A DNA stretch of 64,000 nucleotides from Basidiobolus meristosporus CBS 931.73 (lineage: Eukaryota > Fungi > Basidiobolomycota), in the NCBI GenBank assembly GCA_002104905.1, contig MCFE01000241.1, positions 54,262 to 118,261 on the forward strand. Direction: 5' to 3'. The position numbers and the translations under genes were made by a program. Numbering within the stretch: the first letter of the stretch is position 1; every line of letters begins with the position of its first letter. Of this stretch, positions 61,201-64,000 are shown piece by piece. The notes below the pieces were generated by a model. That model saw only the letters and a list, made by a program, of their open reading frames with translations. It was not told the DNA's origin and did no database searches.

Positions 61201-64000
61201 GCACTTTTGAACTATCGCCACAATAAGCAAGAACCGACTAACGATACAGGAATCCCTGGTATCGAATACATTGAAGGGCAAGAGCGTACCAATTATCCAT
61301 TCTTAATGTCCGTAGAAGATAATGGAACCTCGCTTGGGGTCACGGCTCAAATTGTCCAGCCTTACGATTCGAATCGCATCATCAATTATATGCAGCAAGC
61401 CTTACAGAGCATAGCTGATGCGTTGGAGTTCACGCCCATGATGCCAATTAATGAGCTCGATGTCTTGCCTATAGATGAACGCAACTTGGTACTTGATACA
61501 TGGAACATCACCGATGGCCCATATCCAGACCATTTATGCGTCCATCAACTATTCGAGGAACAGGTCTCTCGTTCCCCGAACGCCATCGCTGTTGTGTCGG
61601 AATCTCAGACACTGACCTATTCTGAGGTCAACGAGCGTGCCAATCGCCTCGCCCATCATCTCATTGAGCTCGGAGTCAAGCCTGACACCCTTGTTGCACT
61701 CTGCGTAGAGCGTTCCGTTGCAATCGTCATTGGAATACTGGCCATCTTGAAGGCTGGTGGCGCTTATTTGCCACTGGACCCGGTGTATGCTAGTGAACGA
61801 CTCAACGATATTGTTTCCGATGCGTCGCCCTCCATTCTCTTGGCGGACGAGCATGGTAGCAACACTATTGGTGAAGCATCACTCGCTTCACTGACGGTGG
61901 TCGACCCCAATGCGCAGTTCGAAGAACACCCGCCACCAACCCACAAGTCACCAGCCTGACCTCGCATCACCTTGCTTACGTCATCTACACCTCTGGATCC
62001 ACTGGAAAGCCTAAGGGTGTGATGGTGGAGCACGCACAGGTCACTCGCCTGTTTGATGCAACGGCCGCCTGGTACCAGTTCAACGAAAACGATGTCTGGT
62101 GCCTGCTGCACTCGTACAGCTTCGATTTCTCCGTGTGGGAGCTGTGGGGTGCTCTGCGATATGGTGGTAAGTTGGTGCTCCCATCCCACCATGTCACTCG
62201 TTCCTCCGAGGACCTCTATGAACTGATCTGTGAGCAAGGCATCACCGTGCTGAACCTTACCCCGAGCGCCTTTCAAGCCGCTGATTGCGTGCCACGCGCA
62301 AAGTGAGCTCCAGGACCAATTGCGCTACGTGATCTTCGGAGGGGAGGCCCTCGAGCCGGCCATCCTGCAGCCATGGTACGCCACCCGATCTGAACACTCC
62401 CCCAAGATCGTGAACATGTATGGCATCACGGAGACCACAGTCCATGTCACTTACCGTGTGATGAAGAAGACGGACTGCACACAGGTGATTAGTCCCATTG
62501 GTTCAAGAATCCCTGATCTGACCACGTACATCCTGGACACCCGCGGCAATCCTGTGCCTATGGGAGTGGTTGGCGAGCTGTACATCGGAGGTGCTGGTGT
62601 CACCCGTGGATACCTGAACCGACCAGAGCTGACAGCTGAGCGGTTCCCACTTGACCCATTCAGCAAGACGCCAGGTGCTCGCATGTACCGGACTGGTGAC
62701 CTCGGTCGCTACCAAAGTGATGGCAGCCTCATCTTTTTGGTCGTAACGACCACCAAGTCAAGATCCGCGGTTTCCGTATTGAACTCGGGGAGATTGAGGC
62801 TCGTCTTGTTGATCACCCACTGGTCAAAGAAGCAGCGGTACTTGCAGTCGGTGACGACTCTGACAAGCGTCTAGTTGCATATGTTGTTGCTGCACACGAG
62901 GAGGAACTTGCGCATTTGCTTCGCTCTCATGTGGCAGAAAAACTACCTGATTACATGATCCCAACGGCATTTGTTCGCATGGACAAACTTCCACTGACTG
63001 CAAATGGCAAACTCGACCGTCGGGCACTTCCAGAGCCCGATAGTGACTCTCTCGTCAGCCAGAAATACGAGGCACCAGTGGGCGAGATCGAGACCGCCCT
63101 GGCTGCCATCTGGGAAGAGTTGCTCCAGATCAATAGAGTAGGACGTCATGACAACTTCTTCATGCTCGGTGGCCATTCCCTACTCGCTGTACAGCTGATT
63201 GAACGCCTTCGTCGCATTGGACTCGTTCTACCTATTCGTGCTCTATTCAATACTCCTACTTTGAGCATACTAGCTCAATCTCTCAATTGTGACCGTATAT
63301 CTGTTGCAGCAGCATCAATGATACCTCCAAATCTTATTAAGCACGAAACCACCGAAATAACTCCGGAAATGCTTCCACTCATTGATTTGACTCAGAGTGA
63401 TATTGATCGTATCGTCAGCCAGGTCGAAGGAGGTGTTAGTAATATTCAAGATATCTACGCCCTGGCTCCATTGCAGGATGGCATGCTATTCCATCACATC
63501 ATGTCGACTAAGGGTGACCCGTATTTGCTCATCAGTGCACTTGCCTTCGATAGCAGAGCTGTCCTCGATCGTTACCTTGGCGCTGTGCAAAAGGTGGTAG
63601 ATCGCCATGAATCTTGCGCACGGGCATTATGTGGGAAGGTCTTTCCACCCCTGCTCAGGTTGTATTGCGCCATGCAACTTTGTCCTTCACCGAGCTGTCG
63701 CTCAACTCATCCGATGGCTCTATTGTGGAGCAACTGAAGCAACGGTTCGATCCCCGCGAGCATAGCATCGACTTGACCCAGGCACCGTTGTTACGTTATG
63801 TGGCTGCCCAGGATGATGATGGCAGATGGATAGTGATTCAACTGATGCATCACATCATTGATGACAATACTTCAGTGCAGCTAATGTACATGGAGATCCA
63901 AGCATTCATGGATGGTGAAGGTGACTCACTACCATCACCACAACCGTTCCGTAACCTCATTGCACAAGCTCGTGCAGGACCCAATGTCGAGGCACATGAG
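40298..64000 (+). CDS. Giant multimodular NRPS (>=8 modules, bacterial-type with dual E/C domains); proposed exons 40298-40333, 40426-40517, 40578-beyond window end
   Basis: 7121-aa ORF 40594-61959 with repeated C (HHxxxD), A ([47 protein letters not shown]) and T (FF.LGGHSL) motifs. Homologous sequence continues through four single-base indels to 64000. No TE or reductase domain within the window. The NRPS call is near certain; the spliced 5' exons are a prediction. Confidence 0.95.
40334..40425 (+). other. Predicted spliceosomal intron 1 (92 nt)
   Basis: CAG|GTAAGG ... CCTAAC (40398-40403) ... TTTTGCTAG|; phase 0; keeps ATG 40298 in frame with exon 2. Confidence 0.72.
40518..40577 (+). other. 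Predicted spliceosomal intron 2 (60 nt)
   Basis: AAG|GTAGGG ... GCTAAT (40561-40566) ... TATCAG|; phase 2; AG+T forms Ser and runs E-F-D-A-P into the ATG at 40594. Confidence 0.72.
40744..43850 (+). other. NRPS module 1: C(LCL-type, HHIVTDG) - A1 (code DVWNIAMVYK) - T1
   Basis: PSYAQKRLW...HHIVTDGWS; code read by aligning to the Thr-type A4; GGHS serine at 43741. Confidence 0.85.
44000..47100 (+). other. NRPS module 2: dual E/C (HHIMATKGD; HHTIGD) - A2 (DATKVGEVGK, Asn-type) - T2
   Basis: The N-terminal HH[I/L]xxxxGD motif marks dual epimerisation/condensation domains; the code resembles Asn codes DLTK[L/I]GEVGK. Confidence 0.82.
47160..50260 (+). other. NRPS module 3: C(LCL, HHIVSDG) - A3 (DGLIVADVSK, substrate unresolved) - T3
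   Basis: [11 protein letters not shown]...[10 protein letters not shown]; no N-terminal HH motif. Confidence 0.85.
50420..53520 (+). other. NRPS module 4: dual E/C (HHTIGD) - A4 (DFWNIGMVHK, Thr) - T4
   Basis: FDFSVWE, TVLNLTP, YVIFGGE and [13 protein letters not shown] give the canonical Thr code. Confidence 0.9.
53680..56790 (+). other. NRPS module 5: variant dual E/C (HHIMSTKGD; active site HHIIDD) - A5 (near-identical to A1) - T5
   Basis: HHIIDDNTS at 54085-54111; A5 matches A1 at offset 12933 with only a handful of substitutions. Confidence 0.88.
56950..60030 (+). other. NRPS module 6: dual E/C (HHTIGD) - A6 (DAFFLGCTFK, Ile/Val-type) - T6
   Basis: FDASTFE, TLFLTT, YLLCGGE and [12 protein letters not shown]; resembles Ile codes such as DAFFLGVTFK/DAMFLGCTYK. 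Confidence 0.82.
60190..63290 (+). other. NRPS module 7: dual E/C (HHAIGD) - A7 (Thr, near-identical to A4, three indels) - T7
   Basis: 61345-62958 matches 51580-53194; indels at 61929-31, 62271-73 and 62739-40. Confidence 0.85.
63450..64000 (+). other. NRPS module 8, N-terminal part of variant dual E/C (HHIMSTKGD; HHIIDD), truncated by the window end
   Basis: Paralogue of C5; one 1-bp deletion at ~63610; open frame to 64000. Confidence 0.85.

Noticed and set aside
41483-63176. Many minus-strand ORFs within the NRPS (e.g. 52123-53052, 309 aa; 42961-43380; 54087-54563)
   Set aside because: Antisense shadow frames of a GC-rich coding strand; they recur at the same offsets as the duplicated modules and show no recognisable motifs.
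61764-63737. ORFs 62019-62306, 62320-62874 and 62916-63737 as separate genes
   Set aside because: They are consecutive pieces of NRPS modules 7-8 split by single-base indels, collinear with modules 4-5.
37000-64000. Bacterial (endosymbiont) contig mis-joined to fungal repeats
   Set aside because: Two frame-preserving canonical introns with branch points lead into the NRPS, no ribosome-binding site or operonic neighbours are evident, and 3 kb upstream lacks long ORFs. Not fully excluded without spanning reads.
1-64000. tRNA, rRNA or other structured RNA genes
   Set aside because: None recognised by eye; tRNAscan-SE/Infernal would be needed to exclude them.

Overview
The window has two sharply different halves. 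(1) 1 to ~36,900: an AT-rich, almost CpG-free graveyard of nested, decayed eukaryotic transposons. It holds Ty3/Gypsy pol/gag fragments with a recurrent ~370-bp LTR family, two long Ty1/Copia remnants, several copies of a CACTA/EnSpm-like (Tnp2-type) DNA transposon, and at least four solo LTRs with recognisable target-site duplications. Inside this block, at ~20.25-20.93 kb, is an unexplained CpG-retaining island with two ATCACGTG boxes, a CCCCTTTA(G) repeat array and two CArG boxes. (2) ~37,000 to the end: CpG-normal DNA with ~3.2 kb lacking long ORFs, then a giant bacterial-type NRPS of at least 8 modules that runs off the window end. Architecture: C(LCL)-A-T / Cdual-A-T / C(LCL)-A-T / Cdual-A-T / Cdual*-A-T / Cdual-A-T / Cdual-A-T / Cdual*... 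The 21.4-kb body has no introns, but two canonical spliceosomal introns appear to add a 48-aa N-terminal leader from an ATG at 40,298. This points to a eukaryotic nuclear gene of bacterial ancestry; such NRPSs are known from early-diverging fungi (Mortierellaceae, Basidiobolus), but the organism cannot be determined from this sequence. Hand-read A-domain codes suggest Ala-like?, Asn, unknown, Thr, Ala-like?, Ile-like, Thr. Both Thr modules are followed by a variant dual-E/C domain (HHIIDD), a candidate Thr-dehydrating domain. Four single-base indels in the last 2.1 kb break the frame and may be consensus errors. All alignments, codes and coordinates were done by eye, and many element boundaries are approximate.
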